Assembly (NCBI GenBank): GCA_031370785.1
Contig: JANMQY010000060.1
Coordinates: 1-64,000 of the forward strand
Source of the DNA: Candidatus Eiseniibacteriota bacterium
GTDB lineage: Bacteria > Eisenbacteria > RBG-16-71-46
Direction: 5' to 3'
Length of the DNA stretch: 64,000 nucleotides
Below the pieces are notes generated by a model. The model did not search any database and was not told the origin of the DNA. It was given only the letters and a program-made list of their open reading frames with translations. Positions 1 through 9,897 of the stretch are shown here, piece after piece. The stretch's first letter is position 1; each line of letters begins with the position of its first letter. A program made the position numbers and the translations under genes.

Positions 1-1097
1 CAGCGCGGATTGCGTCCACTGACGATCGAGGGCAGTCCGGGGACGCTGGCGCCGATCGCCTCGACCACGCCCGGCACCGAGAGATGAATCACGTGGAACG
101 GCCCGGGCGAGGTGAGATGCAGATGCGGATCGTTGGCGAGCAGCGGCGCGCCGCTCGCGCTGCGTTTCGGTCCAACCGCGAATTCGTTGCTGGCGCGCGC
201 ATCGTCGCCATCGCTCGTCGGATCGTGCAGCGCGGCGAGCGCCCGCTCTGCGCGGCGCAGCAGCGCGGGCGAGAGCGCGCCGCGCCGCGAGCGGCCGGGC
301 GCGAGTCTGCCCCTTGGCGCGGGTTCGACGGGCGGACCGTAGAGGCGCCGGACCGCGCTGTCGGGAATGGTCGTGTAGGTCCACTCGTCCTCGAATCGTT
401 CGCGGGCGTCCAGCCACTCCCTTCCGTGCGCCGCGATTTCGCGGGCTTCGGCAAGCTCCGGCAGATCGAGGTCGAGGGTGACCCCGAGTCCGAGCAGCAG
501 CAGCACGCTGTCCTCAGGTTTCCAGTCCGCCGGCCGATGCTTTAGCCGCTCGAACTCGCGCGGCCAGGCGGCGCGGCCGGCGCGACACTCGACGATCCAG
601 GCATTGATGCCCTCGGCGTAGCGCTCGACCGGAATCGCGACGTCGGGATTCGCGCGCTCGCGCGTCCAGATCGAGTCGGCGCGTTCGCCAAGCCGGAATA
701 GCTGGGCGCCGCCGTCGGCCTCGAGCTTCGAATTGCCGAGCCACTCCGAGAGACGGCCGCGCCCCGCGCGCCGCGAATACTCGAGCTGCCACAGCCTGTC
801 GCGCGCGGTCACGTATCCCCAGGCGAAGTAGAGGTCCGGAAGATTCGCGGCGCGCACGTGCGGGATGCCATACCGGTCGGTGACGATGCGCACCGGCGCG
901 CTCGGGCCAGCACTTGTCCGTGGCGTTGCCGTGGACGCAGCGAGCGCAACGCCGGCCGCATGCGCGAGGGACGAGGCGTCGCGCGACCCGAGCCTCAGCG
1001 CGGCAGCGACTCCGGCGGCGAGCACGAGCACTGCGCCGGCGCGACGGACGCGCGGCACGATTCGATCGGGTTGCGGGGGAACGCGAGCCTCTGACAT
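1..1097 (-). CDS. Penicillin acylase family (S45, Ntn-hydrolase) protein, partial (runs off the left window edge)
   Basis: Absent from the ORF track because it has no stop in the window. Manual translation from ATG 1097: N-terminal hydrophobic stretch, then VRIVTDRYGIPHVRAANLPDLYFAWGYVTARDRLWQLE and ASNEFAVGPKRSASGAPLLANDPHL (beta-chain catalytic Ser motif). Confidence 0.9.
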   Translation of the reverse strand, partial: MSEARVPPQPDRIVPRVRRAGAVLVLAAGVAAALRLGSRDASSLAHAAGVALAASTATPRTSAGPSAPVRIVTDRYGIPHVRAANLPDLYFAWGYVTARDRLWQLEYSRRAGRGRLSEWLGNSKLEADGGAQLFRLGERADSIWTRERANPDVAIPVERYAEGINAWIVECRAGRAAWPREFERLKHRPADWKPEDSVLLLLGLGVTLDLDLPELAEAREIAAHGREWLDARERFEDEWTYTTIPDSAVRRLYGPPVEPAPRGRLAPGRSRRGALSPALLRRAERALAALHDPTSDGDDARASNEFAVGPKRSASGAPLLANDPHLHLTSPGPFHVIHLSVPGVVEAIGASVPGLPSIVSGRNPR

Positions 1098-1139
1098 GGT
1101 GGTTGGACCGAGCGCATGGTACCCACCCGCGAGGCGTCG

Positions 1140-2063
1140 ATGCACCCGGAATTCACTGCTGGCCTCGATCTCGGCGGCACCGCCCTCAAAGCCGTGCGCG
1201 TGGACCGGAACGGCGGCGCGCACCGCTTCTTCGAAATCCCATCGCGGGCGCTGGAGAGCGCAAAGGCGCCACTGGACGCAATCGCCGAGGCGCTCGCCAC
1301 GCTCGAGTCAGCAGGCCCGCTCGCGCATGTCGGTCTCGGCTGTCCGGGCGCGGTGGACGTGGCGCGCGGTGTGCTGGTCGGGCGAACGCCGCACCTGCCG
1401 CACTGGGAGGACTGGCCGATCCGCGAGGCGGTGCGTTCACTACTGGGTCGCGAGGTCGTCGTCGACAACGACGCCAATCTCGCGGCGCTCGCCGAGCACA
1501 GGTTGGGCGCTGCGCGCGGTTGCCGCAGCTCGCTCACGGTCACGATCGGGACCGGCATCGGCTGCGGAATCGTGATTGACGACCGGATCTGGCGCGGCGC
1601 TTGGGGCGGCGCGGGCGAGATCGGCCACGTGCCGCTCGGCTCGGGCGAGGTGCCATGCCGCTGCGGAATTCCCGGCTGCGTCGAACCCGAGGCTTCAGGA
1701 AAGGGGCTGGCGCGCGAGGCGCTCGCGCTTGGGCTCGATCCGCCCGATGCCCGCGGTGTTTTCGAAGCGGCCAACTCCGGCCATCCCCAGGCGATCGCGT
1801 GCGTCGCGCATTTCACGGATCGCCTCGGTGCCGTGATCGGAAGCGCGGTCAGCCTGCTCAATCCGGAATGCGTCGTGATCGGCGGCGGAGTGGTGCGCGC
1901 TGGCGATGCGCTGATGCTTCCTCTCCGGAAGGCGATCGAGCGCTATGCACTTCCTTCGCACTGGAAGCGCCTGCGCGTGGTCGCGGCGGCGCTGGGCCAG
2001 CAGGCCGGATGCATCGGGGCCGGGTTGCTGGCATGGGATGCGATCGAGGGCGGCGGCGGGTGA
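1140..2063 (+). CDS. ROK family sugar kinase (glucokinase-like)
   Basis: GLDLGGT, VDNDANLAALAE, GTGIGCG, GAGEIGH and CRCGIPGCVE motifs. Confidence 0.92.
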   Translation: MHPEFTAGLDLGGTALKAVRVDRNGGAHRFFEIPSRALESAKAPLDAIAEALATLESAGPLAHVGLGCPGAVDVARGVLVGRTPHLPHWEDWPIREAVRSLLGREVVVDNDANLAALAEHRLGAARGCRSSLTVTIGTGIGCGIVIDDRIWRGAWGGAGEIGHVPLGSGEVPCRCGIPGCVEPEASGKGLAREALALGLDPPDARGVFEAANSGHPQAIACVAHFTDRLGAVIGSAVSLLNPECVVIGGGVVRAGDALMLPLRKAIERYALPSHWKRLRVVAAALGQQAGCIGAGLLAWDAIEGGGG

Positions 2064-2403
2064 GGCGCGAGTTTCGGAGTCAGCGATGCGTGCGCGAGGT
2101 GGTCGCTCCGCCTTCGCGGGAGTGATCGTGAGGCGCAGCGGCGCGGCCACAAACAAATCGCAGCGAGCGAAAAGATTTCGTTTGACACACGTTTCGAGCT
2201 CGGCCTCTCGGGTCTCGATGCCAGGTCACGAACGACGCGCCAGCGTGCGCATCGCGGGCGCTGACGACATGGAATGCCCGGGCCGCGAATTTTCTCGTCG
2301 CGACTCGCGTTTCTCGCGCAGCGCGCAAGCACGGACGCCAAAAAGCCTCGTGATATGAAGTGGCGGTTGCCCCCGCGATGTGTCTTCTTCGCGGAGTCCC
2401 GTC

Positions 2404-3717
2404 ATGAAGTCGTACTCGCTGTCGCATCTCGGTGATCACATCCTGCTGCGCGACCTGGCCACGCTGGTCTCCCAGGATCGCGCCACCACCGCCGCTCTGC
2501 TGGCCCATCTCGCCGAGGTAGAGGAGCGCAAGCTGTATGCGCGGGCGGCGTATCCCTCGATGTTTCTCTATTGCGTCCGCGAGCTGCGCATGTCGGAAGA
2601 CGTGGCGTACGCGCGCATCCGTGTCGCACGAAAGGCGCGGCAGTTCCCCGCCATCTTTCCTGCCCTGGCGGACGGTAGATTGCATCTGAGCGCCGTGGTC
2701 CAGCTGACGCCCCATCTGACCGATGAGACAACCCCGGAGACTGCCGACGATCTCCTGGCGGCGGCCGCGCACAAGACGAAGACCGAGATCGAGCTTCTGC
2801 TCGCCGAGCGCTTCCCCAGGGCGGACCTGCCCACTCTCGTCCAGGCCATCGCGGGGCCGGGCGCCACGGACGAACTGGTTCCGGAACCAGTTGGGGGCCT
2901 TGCCTTGCAACAGGTTCCGGTATCGGCTGCTTCATCCGCCCCACAATTCGTTCCGGAACGAGTTGATCTTCCCTCGCGCGCGAAGCTCGCACCGCTCTCG
3001 CCCGGGCGGTTCGCGTGGCAGATCACGGTCGATCAGGAGACCCAGGATCTGCTGTGCTTCGCACAATCGCTGCTCGGTCACGCCGTGCCATCGGGTGACG
3101 TCGCCACGGTGCTCAAGCGCTCCCTGGGTTTGCTGGTCGAGAAGCTCGAGAAACGCAAGTTCGCCAGGTGCGTCCGGTCACGCCCGCGCCGCAGCTCGGC
3201 CAACGGCCGGTACGTTCCCGCCGAGATCCGGCGCACCGTCTGGCAGCGGGATGGCGGCCAGTGCACGTTCGTCAGCGAGAGCGGGAGGCGTTGCGAAGCG
3301 CGCGACCGGCTGGAGTTCGATCACATCGATCCGGTCGCTTGTGGAGGACAGACGAGTGCCGATCGGATGCGGCTGCGGTGCCGGGCGCACAACCAGTACA
3401 CGGCCGAGTGCACATTCGGCGCCGGGTTCATGCACGCAAAGCGGGAGGAAGCTCGGCGCGTGGCGGCGGCTCGGAAGGAGTCGCTGACTCAGAAGAACGC
3501 GCTTGCTCAGAATAAGGCGCAATCTGAAGCAGCGGCGACCGAAGCGAACGACGTCATTCCCTGGCTTCGCGGGCTCAGGTTCAGCGCCGAAGAGGCCCGC
3601 CGGGGGGCCGCGCTTTGCGCAGACATGCCCGACGCTCCTCTGGAGGAGCGAGTGCGGAACGCGGTACGTGGCCTCGCTCCGCCCTCCGCGCGCCGCGCCG
3701 TGCATGTGACTTCATGA
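2404..3717 (+). CDS. DUF222-like / HNH endonuclease domain protein with a short C-terminal helical domain
   Basis: N-terminal LLAHLAEVEERKLY..YPSMFLYCV helical region; VWQRDGGQC..CEARDRLEFDHIDPVACGG..RCRAHNQ HNH-type motif; GGAG upstream of ATG 2404. Confidence 0.85.
   Translation: MKSYSLSHLGDHILLRDLATLVSQDRATTAALLAHLAEVEERKLYARAAYPSMFLYCVRELRMSEDVAYARIRVARKARQFPAIFPALADGRLHLSAVVQLTPHLTDETTPETADDLLAAAAHKTKTEIELLLAERFPRADLPTLVQAIAGPGATDELVPEPVGGLALQQVPVSAASSAPQFVPERVDLPSRAKLAPLSPGRFAWQITVDQETQDLLCFAQSLLGHAVPSGDVATVLKRSLGLLVEKLEKRKFARCVRSRPRRSSANGRYVPAEIRRTVWQRDGGQCTFVSESGRRCEARDRLEFDHIDPVACGGQTSADRMRLRCRAHNQYTAECTFGAGFMHAKREEARRVAAARKESLTQKNALAQNKAQSEAAATEANDVIPWLRGLRFSAEEARRGAALCADMPDAPLEERVRNAVRGLAPPSARRAVHVTS
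2873..2965. repeat. Three related palindromic motifs (core GTTCCGGAAC) inside the HNH gene
   Basis: AACTGGTTCCGGAACCAGTT (2873-2892, perfect); CAATTCGTTCCGGAACGAGTTG (2944-2965, one mismatched pair); a degenerate CAACAGGTTCCGGTATCGG lies between them. Confidence 0.8.
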
Positions 3718-3780
3718 CGCGGGGTCGGTCGCGCCACCCTGCGCTGTTTGCGCGGCCCGGCTCGCCCCGCCGGGCCGTGG

Positions 3781-5574
3781 TCACTCCTCGCTGGTCGCGA
3801 GCGCCTCGAGTTCACTCCAGCGCGCGTAGGCTCTGTGGATCGCGTCGTCGAGCGCGTCGACTCGCTTCTGGGCTCGACCGATGTCTTCCGGCGGCGTGGC
3901 GTAGAAGCCCGGCGCCGCCATCAGCTCGAAGAGTGTCTCCTTCTCGGCCTCGAGGGCTTCGATCCGGGCGGGCAGGTCATCCAGCTCGCGGCGCTCCTTG
4001 AATGAAGCTTTCCGTGGGCGCGCTGCGGTGCGGGCGGGAGTCGCCCGGGCGCGCTTCGTCGTCGCTGCGGGCTCGTCGGCCTTCCGCTGGCGAAGCCAGT
4101 CCTCGTAGCCGCCGACGTACTCGCTCCATCGGCCCTCGCCCTCGAACACCAGCGTCGAAGTGACGACGTTGTCGAGGAACGTGCGATCGTGCGAGACGAT
4201 CAGCAGAGTGCCCTTGAACTCGAGCAGCAGTTCTTCGAGCAGCTCGAGCGTCTCCAGATCGAGGTCATTGGTCGGCTCGTCGAGGACGAGGACGTTGCAC
4301 GGACGCGAGAGGATCTTCGCGAGCTGGAGCCGCTTGCGCTCGCCGCCCGAGAGTCGAGTGACCGGTCCCTGGATCTGCTCCGAGGTGAACAGGAAGTCGT
4401 GCAGATAGCCGACCGCATGGCGTTCGCCCCCGCCGACCGAGATCATCTCGCGCCCTTCGGCGACGTTCTCGAGAACGGTCTTGGTCTCATCGAGCACGTC
4501 GTGAAGCTGCTCGAAGTGCGCGACCTCGAGTCTCGTGCCGGCGGACACAGTGCCAGACTGCGGCTCGATCTCGCCGAGCAGCAGGCGAATGAGCGTGGTC
4601 TTGCCGGAACCGTTCGGACCGAGGATACCGATGCGATCGCCGCGCAGGATCGTGGTGCTGAGCCCCTGGACGATGGGCTCCGCGCCATATGCGAAAGAGA
4701 CATCTTTGCAGCGCAGCACCATCCGCCCGGTGCGCTCGGCCTCCTGAAGCTGCGCCTTCACGCGCGCGACCTCGTCGCGCCGCGCGCCGCGTTCGAGACG
4801 CAGCGACGCGCGCGCGCGCACCCGGCCCGCATTCCGCGCGCGGCGCGCCGTGATGCCGCGCCTGAGCCACGCCTCTTCCTGGGCCAGCTTCTTGTCGAAC
4901 AGCTTGTCCTGCTCGCCTTCGACGCGCAGCTCGTCCTCGCGGATCGCGAGGTAGGCGTCGTAGCCCGCGCGGTAGCTGCGGATCGCGCCGCGGTCGAGAT
5001 CGAGGATGCGCGTGGCAAGGCCGCGCAGGAAGCTGCGATCGTGCGTAACGAAGATCAGCGTGCCGCGCCGGCGGCGCAGCGTGTCCTCGAGCTGGCGGAT
5101 CGCTTCGATGTCGAGATGGTTGGTCGGCTCATCCAGGATCAGGACTTCGGGGTCGCGAACCAGCGCCGCGGCGAGCAGGACGCGGCGCTTGGATCCGGCC
5201 GAGAGCGTCTCGATCGCGACATCGAGCTCGAACGCGAGGTCGTGTGCGACCTGATCGATCCGGGTCTCGATCTCCCACGAGGCCTCGCTGGTCGTCGCGC
5301 CGCAGGCGTGGTGCAGGTAGTCGCGAACGCTGCCAGTGAGATCGAGCGGCACTTCCTGCTGCAGGCCCGCGACGCGCAGCCCGGGCTTGCGGAACACCTC
5401 GCCCGAATCGGGAGTCAGCGTGCCCGCGAGAATCCTGAGCAGCGTCGACTTGCCGGCGCCGTTGCGGCCGAGGAGCCCGACCCGCTCGCCCTCGTCGATC
5501 TGAAGGCCCACCGAGTCGAGCAGTGGGGGCCCGGCGAAGGTGAGGCTCACATTGTTGAGGCCGAGCAGCGCCAT
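3781..5574 (-). CDS. uup: ABC-F family ATPase (Uup-like)
   Basis: Two ABC cassettes (GRNGAGKST, GPNGSGKTT, LDEPTN twice), no TM segments, Uup-type C-terminal coiled coil (LPARIEALEAE..YARWSELE). Confidence 0.88.
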   Translation of the reverse strand: MALLGLNNVSLTFAGPPLLDSVGLQIDEGERVGLLGRNGAGKSTLLRILAGTLTPDSGEVFRKPGLRVAGLQQEVPLDLTGSVRDYLHHACGATTSEASWEIETRIDQVAHDLAFELDVAIETLSAGSKRRVLLAAALVRDPEVLILDEPTNHLDIEAIRQLEDTLRRRRGTLIFVTHDRSFLRGLATRILDLDRGAIRSYRAGYDAYLAIREDELRVEGEQDKLFDKKLAQEEAWLRRGITARRARNAGRVRARASLRLERGARRDEVARVKAQLQEAERTGRMVLRCKDVSFAYGAEPIVQGLSTTILRGDRIGILGPNGSGKTTLIRLLLGEIEPQSGTVSAGTRLEVAHFEQLHDVLDETKTVLENVAEGREMISVGGGERHAVGYLHDFLFTSEQIQGPVTRLSGGERKRLQLAKILSRPCNVLVLDEPTNDLDLETLELLEELLLEFKGTLLIVSHDRTFLDNVVTSTLVFEGEGRWSEYVGGYEDWLRQRKADEPAATTKRARATPARTAARPRKASFKERRELDDLPARIEALEAEKETLFELMAAPGFYATPPEDIGRAQKRVDALDDAIHRAYARWSELEALATSEE

Positions 5575-5816
5575 GGTGCGATGCGTCTCCTTGGGTGAAT
5601 GCATGGCGGCGGGCGCGCCAGCGTCCGGAACAGCGACTGCGATGCCAGCGGGCGCACGCGCGGGGCGGGAACTATGCCAGAAATGTCGCGAGGATGTTTC
5701 GGGTGATTCCTGTCGCGCTTTCGGCCGATGACTCACGGAGCCTGCCGCCCAGCGCCTCGCACCGAGCTGGAACACAGTCCCAGGATCGCTACGAGATTCG
5801 ACGTGAAGGAGTCAGC

Positions 5817-6515
5817 GTGACCTTGATCCCGCCGCCCAGGCCTGCCGATTCCGCGGGCTCCGTGCCCGATGCGCAGCGCCTGATGGCCACGCTCCGCGCG
5901 ATCGCCTCCGAGGCGCCGATGATGGATGCCGCGCTCTATGGAATCCTGGTCGGCAATGCCGTGACCCTCGCCGGTGCGCTGTTCGAGCACTGGCCAGCGC
6001 TTCCCGTCCTCTGGGTCTACTGGGGCCAGAGCGTGATGATCGGTGTGGTCAACGTCATCCGCATCATGTGTCTCGAGGAGTTCTCGACCGAAGGCTTCAC
6101 CAGCGGTGGCAAGCCGGTTCCCGAGACCAGCAGGGGAAAGGCGAACACCGCCGGCTTCTTCGCCGTGCACTACGGCTTCTTTCATCTCATCTACGCTCTG
6201 TTCCTCACCAGGGGAATGCTGGGCGGCAGGATGTCGGGCTGGATGCCGGCCACGGTGCTGCTCAACGTGGCGATATTCGGCGCGGTCCATGGCTTCCCGC
6301 TGTGGAGGACGCATGGCCACGACCTTCGCTCGAAACGGCCCAACCTGGGCGCGCTGATGTTCTATCCCTACATTCGAATCCTGCCCATGCATCTCACCAT
6401 CATCCTGGGCTCGGCATTCCCGCAGGGCGCGCTTCCCCTCTTCATATTGCTCAAGACCGGTTCCGACGTGGCGCTGCACCTCGTCGAGCAGAAGATGTTC
6501 CAGACCGCCGAGTGA
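5817..6515 (+). CDS. Membrane protein, DUF6498-like
   Basis: VLWVYWGQSVMIG, FFAVHYGFFH and MFYPYIRILPMHLTII motifs; GGAG before GTG 5817. Confidence 0.7.
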   Translation: MTLIPPPRPADSAGSVPDAQRLMATLRAIASEAPMMDAALYGILVGNAVTLAGALFEHWPALPVLWVYWGQSVMIGVVNVIRIMCLEEFSTEGFTSGGKPVPETSRGKANTAGFFAVHYGFFHLIYALFLTRGMLGGRMSGWMPATVLLNVAIFGAVHGFPLWRTHGHDLRSKRPNLGALMFYPYIRILPMHLTIILGSAFPQGALPLFILLKTGSDVALHLVEQKMFQTAE

Positions 6516-6870
6516 GCGCCCGATAAAGCCATCATGTCGAACTCCCCGTCGCTCTCGCCATTGCTCCTGCCTGCCGGGCTCTCGTCGGCTGGTCCGAGGT
6601 CACGCCGCATTCCGCGGAGCCACAGCGCGACGAGATCTCGCAGTGGACTTCGCTCGAGAGCGCGACCGCCGAGTCGCAGCGCAACGGCAAACCGATCCTC
6701 ATCGACTTCAACGCCGACTGGTGCCCGCCGTGCCGGAGGATGAAGCAACAGGTGTTCGAAGATGGCACGCGTGGGCGGGCGGTGCAGACCGCCGTGATCC
6801 CGGTCTCGATCGTGGATCGAAGGCGCGAGCCTGCGTTGAGGCTGGAACCCGCCCCCGCGCCTACTCAGCC
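6512..6870 (+). pseudogene. Thioredoxin-like protein remnant (WCPPC)
   Basis: GTG 6512 overlaps the upstream stop; in-frame TAA at 6524-6526; then SQRNGKPILIDFNADWCPPCRRMKQQVF; no recognisable C-terminal cis-Pro region. End coordinate approximate. Confidence 0.7.
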
Positions 6871-6887
6871 AACCCATTCCGCCCACA

Positions 6888-8960
6888 TCACCAGATCACG
6901 ACCCTCACGCTGTCGGCGCGCCACATCGCGTCGCCGGGCTTCACGTCGAACGCCTTGTAGAACTCGGGGAAGTTCGCGACCGGCCCGTTGACCCGCAGGA
7001 ACTGGGGCGCGTGCACGTCGGTCATGATCTGTTGCGCGAGCGCTTCCGGCCGGCGCTGGCCGAGCCACGAGAGCGCGTAGCCCAGGAAGTAACGCTGATC
7101 GGGGGTGAGGCCGTTGATCTTCTCGCCCTTCTTCCACTGCTCGGTCTTCTTGAACGCTTCGTAGCCGAGCCTCACGCCGCCCAGGTCGGCGATGTTCTCG
7201 CCGAGGGTCGCGCGGCCTCGAACGTGCTTGTCGCCCACGACGTACTGATCGAACTGATCCACCAGCTTCTGCGCGCGCCCGCTGAACTGGACCGAGTCCT
7301 GTTCGGTCCACCATGGATTCATGTTGCCCTTCTCGTCGAACTGGCGACCTTCGTCATCGAACCCGTGCGTGATCTCGTGCCCGATGGTCGAGCCTCCGGC
7401 GTAGGAGTAGAGCACTGCGTCGTCGACCAGTGAGTCGGGCACGCCGGGAAGCATGAAGGCGGCGGCGGGAAGCACGATCTCGACCTTGGACCCGTCGTAG
7501 TATGCGTTGTAGGTCTGCGGCGTCATGTACCACTCGGTGCGATCGATCGGCTTCCCGAGCTTCGCGGCCTCGTGGCGGAACCACCACTCGTCGATCCGGA
7601 CCCGATTCGCGGCGAACGAGCTGCGATCGATCCGGAGCGCCGAGTAGTCGCGCCAGCGATCAGGGTAGGCGACCTTCCGGGCCACCCTGTCGAGCTTGGC
7701 CAGCGCCCGCTGCCGGGTCGTCTCGCTCATCCACGGCAGCGTGCGGATCCGATCGCGGTACACGCTGATGATGTTCTCGGTCAGCTTCTCGTAGCGCGCC
7801 TTGGTCGCGGGCGAGCAGTACCTGCTGACCCAGACCGCGCCCATCAGCTCGCCGATGCCGTCCTCTTCGGCATCGAGGACGCGCTTCCACCGTGGCCTCT
7901 GCTCCTTGGTGCCCGACATCACGGTGCCGTAGAAGCGGAAGTTCTCGCGATCGAAGGGCCGGCTGAGACTGGGCGCGAGAGTGTTGACCACGTTCCAGCG
8001 CAGATAGGTCTTCCAGTCGCCGAGCGGCACCGCGGTGAGGCTCGAATCCACCTGCAAGAAGAACTCGGGCTGCGCCACGATCACGGTGTCGACGGCGGCG
8101 ATTCCCATCGCCGCGAATTGCCGCTTCCAGTCGATCGCGGGCGTGAGCGAGGCGAGCTGGCCGAGCGACATCTTGTTGTAGTTGGCCCACGGATCGCGCC
8201 GCTCCTCCAGAGTGCGCGAGCGCTTGGCGAGCCTGGTCTCGATGCGAACGATGGTCGCGCTCGAGCGGCGTGCGGTCGCGGCGTCCTCGCCGAGCAGATG
8301 GAACATCGCCGCCACGTGCTTCGCGTATTCGGCGCGAATGTGCTTCGTGGTCGAGTCGATGTTGAAGTAGTAGTCCCGATCGGGCAGTCGCAGTCCGCCC
8401 TGGTACAGATGGACCATGTACTGGTCGCTGTTGCGCTCGTCCTGACCGACGTACACCGAGTAGAGCGGCCGGAATCCCAGCACCTGAAATCGGGCGACGG
8501 TACCGAGTAGATCCTCGCGGGTGCGGATCGCGGCGATCTGATCGAGAGATGGCTTCAGTGGCGCGGCTCCCTGACGTTCGATTGTCACCGAGTCGAGGCC
8601 CGTCGCCCAGAAGTCCCCGACCTTCTGCTCGCTGGTTCCGCGGGCTGCGCCGGACCTTGCGGACGACTCACAGATCCCGGTGAGTTGCCGATAGACCTCC
8701 TCGCGCACGAGGTTCGCGATCCCCCAGCCGCGCTCCGCCGGGGGGATTGGATTCTGTTTCAGCCATCGCCCGTTGGCGTACTGGAAGAAATCCGTTCCGG
8801 GGCTGGTCGACGGATCCATGTTCAGCACGAGTGGATCCTTGTCGCGCGGGAGTGAAGGTTGGTCGTCCGCGGCGCGGAGCAGAGCCGGGATCGCGACGAG
8901 CAGGCTCACTGCCACGACTACGAGAATCGACGATCGGTTCGAGGTCGAGTGCCGGGTCAC
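6888..8960 (-). CDS. M13 family (neprilysin/PepO-like) metalloendopeptidase, secreted
   Basis: Signal peptide; DFFQYANG, NAYY, HEITH, GENIAD and DVHAP..RVNG motifs. Confidence 0.95.
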   Translation of the reverse strand: MTRHSTSNRSSILVVVAVSLLVAIPALLRAADDQPSLPRDKDPLVLNMDPSTSPGTDFFQYANGRWLKQNPIPPAERGWGIANLVREEVYRQLTGICESSARSGAARGTSEQKVGDFWATGLDSVTIERQGAAPLKPSLDQIAAIRTREDLLGTVARFQVLGFRPLYSVYVGQDERNSDQYMVHLYQGGLRLPDRDYYFNIDSTTKHIRAEYAKHVAAMFHLLGEDAATARRSSATIVRIETRLAKRSRTLEERRDPWANYNKMSLGQLASLTPAIDWKRQFAAMGIAAVDTVIVAQPEFFLQVDSSLTAVPLGDWKTYLRWNVVNTLAPSLSRPFDRENFRFYGTVMSGTKEQRPRWKRVLDAEEDGIGELMGAVWVSRYCSPATKARYEKLTENIISVYRDRIRTLPWMSETTRQRALAKLDRVARKVAYPDRWRDYSALRIDRSSFAANRVRIDEWWFRHEAAKLGKPIDRTEWYMTPQTYNAYYDGSKVEIVLPAAAFMLPGVPDSLVDDAVLYSYAGGSTIGHEITHGFDDEGRQFDEKGNMNPWWTEQDSVQFSGRAQKLVDQFDQYVVGDKHVRGRATLGENIADLGGVRLGYEAFKKTEQWKKGEKINGLTPDQRYFLGYALSWLGQRRPEALAQQIMTDVHAPQFLRVNGPVANFPEFYKAFDVKPGDAMWRADSVRVVIW

Positions 8961-9304
8961 GGGCAATCCTTTCCTGTGGAGTAGTAAAGGAGCGAGGGCG
9001 GCAGAATAGGGCGGAGGCGCGCCGAAGACCAAATGGCGGCGTTCTAGAGGGCAGAACTCGAGTCACGTCTGGTTCTGCTCGTGATCTCGGCGGAGCGGCT
9101 CGGGTCCTAGCGCAACATCACGACTCGCGCGGTCAGCGCCCGCGTGCCGGACGGGTTCGAGACCACCGCGCGGGCAATCATGGAGTTTCGAGCCCTCCAG
9201 AAGCCGACAGTCAGAGGCTCAAGAGTCCCGATTCCGGTGCCGATAACGGACCGCGGTGGCCGAAGACCGGCTGTCCGCAGACCCGTACCGAGGAGGAATC
9301 CCAA

Positions 9305-9883
9305 ATGTCCGCCTTCGACAATGAAAGCATGGAATACGCAGAGTTGATGGCCCGCCGTCGCGAGGCGGAACGCACCTGGCAGATCTGCTGGACCGCCTCC
9401 GGCCTGATTGCCGGGGTGTTGCTGTCCTGGGCGATCGCCGCCCGCAGCTCCGGGTTGATGCTCCCGGTGATTCTCGCGGTGGCCTACGGTTTTTACGTCA
9501 TGAATCACGCACGCAAGCAGGTCCTGATGATTGGTGGCTACGTCGAGGAGTTCTTCGAGAACCGCTCGAACGGGCCGCAGTGGTTCTCGCGCGTCGCCCG
9601 CACGAGGTCGGTCGCTGGCTTCAGTCCGATGAGCGGCTTCTTCTTCACCCTTCTGTCGGACGTGGCAGTGGCTCTCGCCGTGATTTTTGCGTGGATGTTC
9701 GCCCCGACAGCTCCGCGCGGCGAACTGATGGCGGGCATCGTTACGGGATTCGGCGTGACGTTCGTATTCCACTCCCTGTTCGAGACCGCACAGCTGCAGC
9801 AGATTGACTTCGCCGCATTCTGGCGTCAGGCGAACAGCGGCCCGACGGCCGTCAAGCAAAGCAGCCGGGTCGCGAGCCGCTAA
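9305..9883 (+). CDS. Hypothetical 4-TM membrane protein
   Basis: GAGGAGG RBS, ATG 9305, four hydrophobic segments, terminator downstream. Confidence 0.75.
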   Translation: MSAFDNESMEYAELMARRREAERTWQICWTASGLIAGVLLSWAIAARSSGLMLPVILAVAYGFYVMNHARKQVLMIGGYVEEFFENRSNGPQWFSRVARTRSVAGFSPMSGFFFTLLSDVAVALAVIFAWMFAPTAPRGELMAGIVTGFGVTFVFHSLFETAQLQQIDFAAFWRQANSGPTAVKQSSRVASR

Positions 9884-9897
9884 AACGCGCGAACTCG

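Noticed and set aside
5632..5647. Sigma-54-like site upstream of uup (TGGCATC-GCAG-TCGC on the minus strand)
   Set aside because: The -12 element deviates from TTGC, so the match is too weak in GC-rich DNA.
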